DNA from: Octopus vulgaris
Taxonomy: Eukaryota
Assembly (NCBI GenBank): GCA_951406725.2
Contig: OX597821.1
Location: 104,036,001-104,100,000 of the forward strand
Direction of reading: 5' to 3'
Length of the DNA stretch: 64,000 bases
Shown here: positions 1 to 10,545 of the stretch, one piece after another
How the letters are laid out: each line of letters opens with the position of its first letter
Numbering within the stretch: the first letter of the stretch is position 1
The notes under the pieces: model-generated
The model's database searches: none
Seen by the model: the letters and a program-made list of their open reading frames with translations, nothing else
Told to the model about the DNA's origin: nothing
Translations under genes and position numbers: made by a program

Positions 1-799
1 GCGAATTGTAGAGTATCGAAGGAAGTGCCTTACGCTATTTTATCCCGGTTTCTTATAGAATTCAAGTCCTGCAAAAGTAAACATTGCCTTTTACACTTCC
101 AGTGTCAGAAATTAGTTTTTCTGTACAGTTAAAATTAAAACTCCCGACATGATACCTTGCGTTATTTCTTCTGGGACTTATTATTCTGCACTGGGTTCAA
201 ATTCTACAGTGGCTTATTTTGGATGACAAAACGTAATATATGATCTCTTTAGCGGGATCTATTCTTATCTAAGTATTCAAACAATATATCCTGCAGGAAA
301 ATTCCTTCTTCGCTACATCTCTTTCACTTTCACCATATCCGAAACCCTATAAAGGGCCATATTTACTGTCTTTCATACTTTGTTAGCAATGTGATGAAAG
401 AAAAGAAATTCAAGAATTAAATCAGTTATAACGTGATAGAAATTGTCAGCTGCTGCTAACACATTCTTAGATATTGCATCTAAACTGAATGTTTCGATAT
501 TTCTCTTTCCTGTGTTTGAATTCTCCCACTTGATTAGTCGTCTAGTTACATTGAAGAGTATCGTTTGGAGGGAAGAACACTTCACGTGTGTTACATCGGT
601 TTTAAAATAATTTTTTTATGTCACTAGTGTTGATTCACGAGGCGCAGATTTTGCTAAAGACGGTCGTTTTGCCCTCATGAAATTCGGGGTTCGTTGCCAC
701 TACCTACTATCTTGGACAAATGTAATCTTGCATAGCCTAGGGGCCACCCATATCATGCGAGTGCAAGTGAACCTGGGCAGAAATGAATTAAAGACGGCT

Positions 800-985
800 G
801 TGGGTTTGTACATGTATTTGAATAGAGACAGCTTTCTCTCTCACTGTCATCCTGGTTCTTCAGAATTACGTTAAGGGCACGCATATCTGCGGGATTCTCA
901 ACCGCTTGATTTTTTATTCATAAGCAGTTAATTCCTTTGCTCGAATAACTGAAACCTCTTTGTTGACTGAGGAAGACTCACATCC
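800..985 (+). mobile_element. Degenerate fragment of tRNA-derived SINE family C (same family as 61575-61969)
   Basis: ttgtacatgtatttgaat...gaattacgttaagggcacgcatatctgcggg aligns by eye with the reverse complement of the 61575-61969 body (gttgtacctgtatttcaaag...gaactacgttaagggtacacgtgtctgtgg). Confidence 0.55.
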
Positions 986-1066
986 AAATGTTGAGTCCTC
1001 AAAACTGCATTTGTTGTTGTCATTGTAGTTGTTGTATTTGTTAGTGAAATTCTTCTAGATTTAGGG

Positions 1067-1347
1067 CAGGGATTCCCAACCTTATTTTGCTTGTGGTCCT
1101 CCTGAGAGCTATCTTATCATCTGTGGACTCCATATATGCACATGTAAATTTTTGAAATAAAATATGTGTTTGTAGGTTTGTAAAAAACTAACAACGAAAC
1201 AATTTCATTTTATTCATAACATAAATTCCAAATACAAATCTTGAAAATTTCAAGTAATAGGATTTATAAATGGACTCACAAATTAGAATTTTTTTACTCG
1301 TGGAACCCCCTTAAAGCTCCTGTGGACCCCTGGACTGGGAACTCCTG
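1067..1347. mobile_element. Non-autonomous hAT (Charlie/Buster-like) MITE
   Basis: Imperfect TIRs CAGGGATTCCCAACC and GGACTGGGAACTCCTG; 8-bp flanks atttaggg / ttttaggc (6/8) resemble a hAT TSD. Confidence 0.6.
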
Positions 1348-2117
1348 TTTTAGGCCCTGCTCATTACAATGTTATGTTAGTTCTGGTTGTACAATAAGTA
1401 CAATCTGTTGATCGTTGGACGAAATTATTTGCGATATTTCGTAAAAGTCCTTCAAACAATTGAGGCGAAATCCCGAGCAACTTTGCATGTCATCTTGCAA
1501 GAATCAATAAAACAATATTCAAGTCAAATATTGGTTCGATTTAATGAACTATAAACTTCTATCAAATTTCGAGAACTTCTGTCGATATTGGAAATCAATA
1601 TTATTGATCTCGTTCAGGGTGGTCATAAAACGGATAGAATTATAAGATCAAGAAAGCGCCAGACAAAATCTCTTGTTTTGTGTGTGAACTTTAAGTTGGC
1701 GCAAATTTGCCTCTCATCATTACAGGGTCCGTAAAGTAAGTACCAGCCATATACTGGGGGTCAAGTAATCAAATATACAGCGTTCCCAACATCGATGACA
1801 TTGCGGTAGCCTTAAAAATCACTTTTATGGATTTCGTTAATCCTAACTACAATATTTTAATACAAATTTGTGCCCCCAAAGGCTTAAGGGTATTATATTG
1901 CAAAGGACTACAAAGAAAGAAAAGGGTCCTAAAATTGTAAGAGATATCGATTGGCAGAATGTTTAAAGGACTGAATATCATAAAGCAGAGGAACGCAAGA
2001 TGATGATAGATGATCGTGAGTTCCAGAGACACACTGCTCGAAGAAAAATGGTAGCAGCATAAAATGGTATAGAAATAAGATTTATGATATGAATTAATGT
2101 GTTGGGAGAAATTTTAT

Positions 2118-2343
2118 CGTGTTTGGGTGGGTAATTACGCCTGTGATAATAACACACGCACTGGCCTAACGACACTTTTTAATTGTTAGTCAATTTGTTA
2201 AATATCTAACCAAGTGAATAATCGAACGTTTGTTTAATGTAATGGGTAAAAAATCAATCGGTTGTTTTGTAGGCAAAGTTCTTTCGTTGCTGTTTGTATT
2301 CCTCTCAGTAACTTGCCCGCATTCGCACTCAGAGCTGACATTG

Positions 2344-2386
<43 letters not shown>

Positions 2387-2540
2387 GCGGCACAACAATG
2401 GAAATGACACGAATAGAGGCGAAATAAATTCGAGGAAGAAATAATCGATTTATTGCTTAACTAACACATTAAAATAACTATCGATTAGTTAACTAGTGTG
2501 TGAGCAATTATTATTGGCATATTGGCCCACCCAAGACAGA
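2118..2540. mobile_element. Old MITE-like element with ~70-80 bp imperfect inverted arms and a central (GA)n
   Basis: Left tgtttgggtggg...ttttaattgttagt is complementary to right actaacacattaaaa...cccacccaagaca. Confidence 0.45.
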
Positions 2541-3341
2541 ACGGGGTATAAAAACAATTTCATAGTTAATTAAGAATCGCATTTTATCTTTATCCACTAT
2601 TTTTTTTTTTTTTTTGAAATTTATTTCACTCGTGTCATAAATATCTTCGAGAAATACACGACTGCTGCAGACTTATACCTACGAAATACCAGGTGGCATA
2701 TTTATGCATAAACAAAAAGAAATATATTTAATGATTTCTTTATTGATATCATTGCTGCTAGTTATAAAGAATTAGTTTCATCTACTTTGGAATTCCAGGA
2801 TTATTGAATAATATATTGGATAAGAAACACTTTCAACGATTTCATTAATATCAAAGAAATAAAAACAATATGGAAATGTGCCGACGTGAGCAAAGAAACT
2901 TGATATTTTATATTGAAAAATAAAAGCCAAGAAAACACGAAAATTACTGAAGTTAATATAATGAACATAGATAAAATCTAAGCCAGTTTGTCTACAAATT
3001 CTTTCAAAATATTTAGAACTGTATATTGTAAGCGTATAATATTCAAATGAGAATTCAGTTATTCTCGGTTGATGTTGAATTACAAATATTCAGGCTGGAT
3101 ATTTTTCACTGCAGTTTCTCGAATCAAAAACAGCCTGGAATAAGATTTTCATCTAGAAAAAGATTTTCAACTTTCTCCTGGTTAACGCAGAAAAACAGAT
3201 GAAGGTTTAACCTTTATATATTCACAAACGGTTTCCTTTTAGGTTTCTAAATGTCATAAAACATAGTTAAACGTTTCTTCACATTAACATCCCTTTACTT
3301 GGATATTTTAGTAGATACCAATTTTTACCCAATAAAATATG

Positions 3342-3387
<46 letters not shown>

Positions 3388-3389
<2 letters not shown>

Positions 3390-4146
3390 TTAGAATCCTT
3401 TAAAATGTTTTAGCCCGAAGGCCGCGGCCATGCTGGGGCACCACCGCTGAATGAGCTATACTAATATGTGAATACACCTCTGATACGTGGCACTTGATCA
3501 ACAAGGGAGTTCGATGCTGCTGCCCGCATCTGTGTCTCCTGTCGTGAGGTAGGTTCATCTGGGTCTCCCGACAAGAAGAGATCCAATTTAGTTTTAAAGA
3601 AACCCACATCCACACCATGTAAGTCTCTCAAGCATTTAGGGAGGATGTTAAAGAGCTGTGGTCCTCTGAAACCCAAGCTGTTGCAGTATCTGGAACTGTA
3701 TTTTGATGGTGATGTTGGAATCTTTGGCACCATGCAGTGGCGCCCCGTTCTGCAGTTGGGGTAACTATGAATACCAAAGTTTGGGACAAGACCCTCCAGG
3801 ATTTTCCAGATGTATATCACTGCATATCTCTCCCGCCTCCGCTCTAGGGAGAAGAGGTTTAATACTTTCAGTCTTTCCCAGTAGCTGATATTTTGCATTG
3901 AGACGATCTTCTTTGTGTAGCTTCTCTGAATTGCTTCGAGTTCTGCTGTTAGTTTTATATTGTGTGGTGACCATAGTTGGGAGCAGTAGTCCAAGCGGCT
4001 GAGGACAAATGTTTTCCATAGGATCATCAGTGTCTCCTTCTCTCTTGTTCTGAAAGTTCGGAGAATCCATCCAGCTAGCCGTCTGCATTTTATCACCAGA
4101 TTAGTAATATGCACTTGGAAAGATGCATCATTGCTCATGTCAATAT
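3388..4146 (-). mobile_element. 5'-truncated CR1-group LINE: ORF2 C-terminus (3461-4146), 3'UTR and short tandem tail
   Basis: Open frame with ILRTF...LWKTFVLSRLDYCSQLWSP...LEAIQRSYTKKI...SYWERLKVLNLFSLERRRER, typical of the CR1 post-RT region; tail tttaaagga/ttctaagga; flanked by (TA)n on both sides. Confidence 0.9.
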
Positions 4147-4332
4147 ATATATTACTCATACATACACACACACACACACACAAAACATACCGACCATCTT
4201 CACACTTTCCTGTCTCAAAAACACTTTATCTCTTTCCACTCCCGGTCACTTCAGCAATGTAATTACACGTGCGCTGTTGGCAATTTCTTTCCCTTCTTAA
4301 GATTTTCAACTTTCTCCTCTCCCACTAAGAGC

Positions 4333-4390
4333 TATCAAACTCTCTCCTTTTATCAAACTCTCTTCTTTTATCAAACTCTCTCCTTTTATC
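4333..4390 (+). repeat. 18-bp minisatellite x3 (tatcaaactctctccttt)
   Basis: Three near-identical direct units. Confidence 0.85.
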
Positions 4391-4546
4391 GGGCGTCAAG
4401 CTAATATATTTCCTACGCACGTCCACGTGTTGTGTTTTTGTTTATATGTATTGTTTTTGCCATACGAATCGACTACATATGTGTGTGTGTTTATGTGTGT
4501 GTAGGTGAAAAATTCGGAGTGTGATTTCTCGTGGTGATAAATATAA

Positions 4547-4679
4547 AATAAGATTTAAGGTGAAAATGCACAGAAATTCTGTTTGTGTAAAGCTTTACTA
4601 TATATGCATATTGTAATGGATTAAATAATCTTTATCTACATAAACAAGATTTCTGCGCTTTTTCACCTTAAATCTTATT
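4547..4679. repeat. Imperfect inverted repeat with ~45-bp arms
   Basis: aataagatttaaggtgaaaatgcacagaaat... is complementary to ...atttctgcgctttttcaccttaaatcttatt. Confidence 0.75.
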
Positions 4680-4724
4680 ATATGTATATATATATATATA
4701 TAGATAAGAAAGTTTGTTTTTATA

Positions 4725-4941
4725 AAAACAACGATAACTCCATGCAATATAAACATAACGTCACAAGAAATTTGAAAAGCTACACGCGAAACCGGTAATT
4801 TCTTTAAAAAATTTTAAAATTATGTCATTTTAAGGAAAGGAAAAAAAAATTTTTCCAACATTCTCCAGACATTTTGACACAAATGTATATATATTTTTTA
4901 ACATTTAAGCCTTCTGTCGTTTTTTCACACTTTACTATTTT

Positions 4942-4945
<4 letters not shown>
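4725..4945 (+). mobile_element. Solo copy of the Penelope-like 3' terminal repeat (pLTR), homologous to 6925-7125
   Basis: About 200 bp direct similarity to the sequence following the GIY-YIG ORF; carries an HHR motif. Confidence 0.75.
4765..4804 (+). ncRNA. Minimal type I hammerhead ribozyme, U3-A8 core variant
   Basis: aagaaat-TTGAAAA-gc(tacac)gc-GAAAC-cg-GTA-atttctt: perfect 7-bp stem I, 2-bp stem II, palindromic ACCGGT stem III. Confidence 0.65.
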
Positions 4946-5040
<95 letters not shown>

Positions 5041-5224
5041 GTGTGTGCGTGTGCGTTTGCGTGTGTGCGCATGTGTGTTTATGTCCTCGTGGAGTTATAC
5101 AAGTCCGTCCGAATACTGCAATATGCACGTGTAAGAATTAAAATTGCACAAGTATAACTCCTGTACTTATTAAAGTAAGTCAATCAATCTGTCTGTCTCC
5201 ATTTTCTCTCTCTCTCTCTCTCTC

Positions 5225-5273
<49 letters not shown>

Positions 5274-5406
5274 CTACATATTTAGAGTATTAATTTGAAA
5301 GAGACAAGTTCCAAAGCAATAATAATCCCCATCAAAACCGACACAGATCTAAACACGGTGGCATATATAAGCCATTATGAGCATGCGAACACATAACAGG
5401 CAAAAA

Positions 5407-5457
<51 letters not shown>

Positions 5458-5459
<2 letters not shown>

Positions 5460-5658
5460 TCTTTTACTTTTTATTTGTTTCAGTCATTTGACTGCGGCCA
5501 TTCTGGAGCATCGCCTTTAGTCGAGCAAATCGACCCCGGGACTTATTCTTTGTAAGCCCAGTACTTTTTCTATCGGTCTCTTTTGCCGAACCGCTAAGTG
5601 ACGGGGAGGTAAACACACCACCATCGGTTGTTAAGCAATGCTAGGCGGACAAACACAC

Positions 5659-5718
<60 letters not shown>

Positions 5719-5880
5719 GACAGGCTTCCTTCACTTTCCGTCTACCAAATCCACTCACAAGGCATTGGTCGGCCCGGAGCTATAGCAGAAGACACTTGTC
5801 CAAGATGCCACGCAGTGGGACTGAACCCGGAACCATGTGGTTGGTTAGCAAGCTACTTACCACACAGCCACTCCTGTGCC
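5458..5880 (-). mobile_element. Full-length tRNA-derived SINE family B (CORE-like segment, internal microsatellite, (AGTAAAAG)n tail)
   Basis: Near-identical to 58990-59410 and 37575-37983; B-box-like gggttcagtcc; segment tcttggacaagtgtcttc. Confidence 0.92.
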
Positions 5881-6117
5881 TATGTGTAATATGTACACAT
5901 ATATATACACATATATACATGCACTATCTATAATGCTAATAGATAGATAAATAATAGATAGTAATATTAGTGCGATTGAAAGCATGAACCGTGCGGTTTA
6001 ATAATATGTATATATATAATAGTATTTTATAAGCTTATAAGCGATCACCGCGCAATGACTAAAGAAAATAGTCTAATAATGGGGCATAGCCTTCGACGGA
6101 AAAAAAGTAGGTTTTTC

Positions 6118-6196
6118 CCTTACGCGTGGGACTCGAACCCACACCTCTTTGTTTTCGTGACAAGTATGCTAGCCATTTGTACTAACGAACAAGCTG
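6118..6196 (-). mobile_element. tRNA-like Pol III head (SINE head or tRNA pseudogene)
   Basis: Minus strand: A-box-like TAGTACAAATGG and B box GGTTCGAGTCC inside T-arm gtggg/cccac; acceptor stem incomplete. Confidence 0.6.
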
Positions 6197-6292
6197 TATG
6201 CTAGCCATTTGTACTAACGAACAAGCTGTATGCTAGCCATTTGTACTAACGAACAAGCTCTATGCTAGCCATTTGTACTAACGAACAAGCTG
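6165..6292 (+). repeat. 32-bp tandem repeat x4 (tatgctagccatttgtactaacgaacaagctg)
   Basis: Four head-to-tail units, one mismatch, no spacers. Confidence 0.95.
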
Positions 6293-6299
6293 TATAAAG

Positions 6300-7125
6300 G
6301 AAATTCTAAACATACACCAAATCATTAAAAGCTACAAACAACCTAAATCACTTAAAAAGATTCTCACAAAGGCAAAATTGTTTTCTGAAATTACGGATGC
6401 AAAAGTAAAAAAATGTGGTAGACCGAACTGTGCAACATGTCCAAACCTGCTACAAGGATCAGAATTCCTCTTAAAAGAGGGACAGAAATTCATGATCAAA
6501 TCTAATTTACTTGTGCCTCTGAAAACATAATTTATGTCATAAAATGCTCGGGCTGCCACCAAGACTACGTGGGATCCACGGAACTATCACTCAGACGTAG
6601 ATGCACACTGCATCGACAACAGATTGCATTCCCAGAATACAGAATGATACCTTTTAGTGTGCACATTGAGAAATGCGCAAAGCAACTACTACCACAATTT
6701 TAAATCTTTCCATTTTACCAATGTGCTATCGGATCACCAACACAAATTAGACTAAACAAGGAAACATTCTTCATTGAAAAGTACAAGCCCAGACTTAACC
6801 ATTCCAACATACTGATACAGAGAAATTCACACCAAGGGAAAGGCAAACAATTTTAAGCGATTATCTCCCTTACACCGGAAGAAATCACTTATTACCTCCC
6901 CTTATCTAGAACTCTTTTGAACATAAACATAACGATAACTCCTCTCAACATAAACATAACGACGTAAGAAATTTGAAAAGCTAAACGCGAAACCGGTCTT
7001 TCTTCTAAATATGTCATTGTAAGAAAAAAATTTATAATATTCTTCAGACATATTGACTCAAATATATATTGTTTAACCTTTTAAAACAAGCCTTCTGTAG
7101 TTTTTTCACTTTTTACTATTTTCTA
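6300..7125 (+). mobile_element. 5'-truncated Penelope-like element (Neptune-like): GIY-YIG endonuclease pseudogene (6300-6815) and pLTR
   Basis: Manual translation gives KSYKQPKSLKKILTKAK...KCGRPNCATC (Cys linker), then after a frameshift TCASENIIYVIKCSGCHQDYVGST...KETFFIEKYKPRLN; one internal stop. Confidence 0.88.
6966..7004 (+). ncRNA. Minimal hammerhead ribozyme, U3-A8 variant, in the PLE pLTR
   Basis: aagaaat-TTGAAAA-gc(taaac)gc-GAAAC-cg-GTC-tttctt; stem I is one base short. Confidence 0.6.
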
Positions 7126-7294
7126 TATATATATATATATACATACATATAAAAGTGTAATTCCGTGTCCAAATCAATGTGGGGTAAGTAATTGCATAAA
7201 TACATACAGATAAATTAAGTAGTCCAGCCTGATAAGATAACAGTTCACAATAATGCAAAAGGGAAGATTTCAAATGAATTCAATAATTAGAAAG

Positions 7295-7384
7295 AATCTT
7301 ACGGCCGTTTCCGGGAATGACCAAGGAAGTGTGTAATTAAATCGTTTTGAACTTCATTAATCTACATTTTCTTCATCAGAGAAT
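7295..7384 (-). ncRNA. Hammerhead ribozyme remnant with long stem II insert
   Basis: Minus strand: attct-CTGATGA-(~60 nt)-GAAAC-ggcc-GTA-agatt; base of stem II is decayed. Confidence 0.6.
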
Positions 7385-8419
7385 ACGTACGGATTTGGAA
7401 TTATTCGTGGGATATAAAAATATGTTTAAGAATATACAGTAATTATAGACAAGTATAAAAATTTCAAAAATTTATATATATATATATATATAACTGTTCC
7501 AGATGAATTATAGACTTAACTATTTTAGTTGGTCTCGGTAATTGGTGAGTAGCCCCGATGTCTTTAAAAAACGATGTTGGCCTTATAAATGTCTGGATGA
7601 TGGAGCTTATGGTACGTGTCATTAATTACTGAACTGCTAAATGACACTAGATAAACGGATACAACTGTAGATATATATGTGTGTGTGTGTGGATGTATGC
7701 ATGCAAGCGCTTAAATATCAATACATAGAATCATACTCACACACGAGTATTTAATCCTTAACAACTTGTTTATTGCATATTAACTTCATGTAAATATGGT
7801 AGATTTTGCCTCAGCTCTCTAAGTATACAATGTAAAATGCCAAAATTGTTTATCATCTTTCGTTAATTTTATTAATTGTCGTTGGTTTTTGTTGAAAAGT
7901 ATTGGAATTACAATACATATTTTTCTTCTATTTGAACTATTTTCATAATTATCTTCAACGGTTTTGTGTATTTTCTAGTAAAAGTTTGGCCAGCTTAGTA
8001 TTTTTAGAATTATTGTCGTACTTCTGCTGGTTTTGGCATTTATATAGAATGGTATTTCGGTTTTCTTATAGCGTTTACTGTGTCTCTTTGGAATATTATA
8101 TCACTCAATAACGAAACAAACATTAAATTATATTATATTTGAACACGTTTGAGATTGAGAACAAATGTGGAAAACCAAAAACGAATTTAATTGAAAGAAA
8201 TAAAAGTGTTTGCGAAATGTCGAAAATATTTACACATGTCAAAATATAGCAAACGAACGTAAATTGATATCATAGAAATGGTATCGAGTAATAAATAAAA
8301 TATAAATTAAGAGAAAATAGAAATATGATGTATAACAAACTATATTAGAAACAGTTACTGCGCATTGAAACATATTATAAATTTCTGGTCTTTGATAATA
8401 CAGATCAAGATGGCTACAC

Positions 8420-8800
8420 GGCTGAGAAGAATTTTTTAACGATGTCGTTTCCGGTTCAGTTTTCCTACGCGGCACATGGGGCAAATATTTTCTGATATAG
8501 CTCTTGACAGATCAACGTCTCGGGAGTGGATTTGGTGTCAGAATCACGGTAGAAGCTCGTACATATAGATATATACATGTGCTTACATCTTTGCATTTCT
8601 GTTTGTCACCGCCACTGATACATAGTCGTTGTTGGTTTGTTTACATCCCCGTAACATTGCGGTTGTGAAAACGAGTCCGATAGAATGGGTATCGACATTA
8701 AAAAAAAGATAAAATTACTGGGGTCCACTTTTTCAACTAAACTCTTGAAAGCCATACCTCAGTATGGTCACTGTTCAATGACTAAAAAAGACAAAAGATA
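8420..8800 (+). mobile_element. Degenerate SINE family B copy
   Basis: ccggttcagttttcctacgcggcacatggggcaaat...gagtggatttgg...agtatggtcactgttcaatgactaaaa. Confidence 0.7.
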
Positions 8801-8844
8801 AAATACCTACCTAACTTCCAACCTAAATACATACATGCATGCAT

Positions 8845-9385
8845 GGTGGCTGCCCCCTCGTTATCGAGGAATGGCCATTGCACGAAGCTTAATCAATGTT
8901 GTTATCGTGCAATGACTGTGCAAGAAGATTTATTTTAAATTGAGGAAAGACTGTGCACTGACTAATTCCACTCACTAAGCAACAGCAGCATTAATCCGAA
9001 AAGAAGTCAACATCATCGTTAACCACTGAGCCGCAGGTTTTATGTCGGAGTTATCCCAGTTACCCGAGTTACTTTCTCCTAGAAGGATGCCCTAACAAAG
9101 GCTAAGAGTCCTTCACTCCCAATGGTTTAACCGAGCGATCGGGTATTCAGTCCGATTATTTCTATGTCCCCGCGCATGATACAGCCGTAAGACATTTATT
9201 GGGTGGCCGTTGAGTTCCTTCGCCCTTTGACGGGTTTTATTTTTCATCCCCAAGGGTGTCCAATAAACACCCTCCTCACCAAGCAAGCTTGGTGGGGTTT
9301 CCGGTTTAGTCGCCGATGACCCGACCATGCAACATGTTGTACTGGGTTACATGTTTCCAGTAGCACTCGAAAGTGACCTGACATA
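8845..9385 (-). mobile_element. Non-autonomous RTE-related retroelement (~540 bp)
   Basis: Its 3' ~45 nt are nearly identical to the 3'UTR of the RTE LINE at 44503-44547; no transposon-like ORF; (ATGC/ATGT)n tail. Confidence 0.7.
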
Positions 9386-9439
9386 GTACATAGATACATA
9401 CATACAAGCACACATAATTTCTACATAAACAGTGACGTA

Positions 9440-10385
9440 AACCACCTCTACCTAAAACGAAAACAAGGCGACAGAAGCTTAATATCGATCCAAAATACCT
9501 TTGAATGACGCATCCCTTCGGCAACAGCTTTTAACCAGTAAGTGTCGAAGTGCATCCCTTGGCTAAGTTTGCATACATGAAGCTGATAACATCGTAAGAC
9601 TCGGAAGGCAGCTCCTGGAGCAACACACTTTGTCCGATAACATAGAATACATGCCCAAAGAAGTCTCACGACTCTACCGCAACGTATCATTAGATGAATG
9701 AGTATATATGAGCAGAAGACTATACATGGCTGTGTTAGTAGAAAGCTGCATGATGATAGTAACATTGATCATCAAAGTAGTTTATCATGGACGGATAGCC
9801 GGATTACTACCTCCCACTTTGAAGGGTATGCGTTTGCAATCCAATAACAGGAAATCTCAACCAAGTAACTGATGCACAAGCGTGATAGAGATGCAGGAAA
9901 GCAATAAGATGTGACAACCGATGCAGACATTGTGGAGTTAACACTGAAGATATCACCCACATCATACGCAGTTGTCCGAAAATGTTATCACGGTACTATC
10001 TACCGATGAGACATGATGTTGTAGCTTGGAGACTCTGTAATGAAAACCGTCGGAAAGATAATTCTGAGGACAAAGAACTAAGAATACGGTAGAAGCCATA
10101 GACACTCATAATTAAAAGGAATACTGGTGGAATGTCCCAGTGAAGACCTCAATAAAATGTAAGCCCAACAAATCTGATATAATGATTTGGGACTGAGAAA
10201 AGAAACTGTGCACGATAGTGGAAATTAGCTGCCCAGCGGATGTTAATAAAGCTGATGATCGATGAAAAAGAGGACACTTATGTTGAACTATTGAGAGATC
10301 TGTAGCTACTCTATCCAGATTACAAGTAATGGTTAATACCGGTAATTATTGGGGGCCTCGGGATATGTAATGCACTGCCTAAATA
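9440..10385 (+). mobile_element. Degraded R4/Dong-clade LINE C-terminus (zinc knuckle and restriction-like endonuclease)
   Basis: Manual translation: FEGYAFAIQ*QEISTK...CRHCGVNTEDITHIIRSC...MRHDVVA...KSDIMIWD*EKKLCTIVEISCPAD...IPVIIGGLG. Confidence 0.8.
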
Positions 10386-10545
10386 CTGGTGTGTTTACGT
10401 TCTCGTAACTCAGCGGTTCTGCAAAAGAGACTGATAGAATAAGTCCTAGGCTTCCAAAGAATAAGTCCTGGGGTCGATTTGCTCGACTAAAGGCGGTGCT
10501 CCATCATGGCCGCAGTCAGATGACTGAAACAAGTAAACGAGTAAA
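10386..10545 (+). mobile_element. 3' half of SINE family B
   Basis: ggtgtgtttacg...ggcggtgctccatcatggccgcagtcagatgactgaaacaagtaaa. Confidence 0.85.

Noticed and set aside
5628-5933. Recurrent ORF RQASFSFRLPNPLTRHWSAR (also at 37761 and 58961)
   Set aside because: Antisense translation of SINE B, not a gene family
6165-6292. 32-bp repeats resembling a CRISPR array
   Set aside because: Units are contiguous with no spacers, there are no cas genes, and the context is eukaryotic
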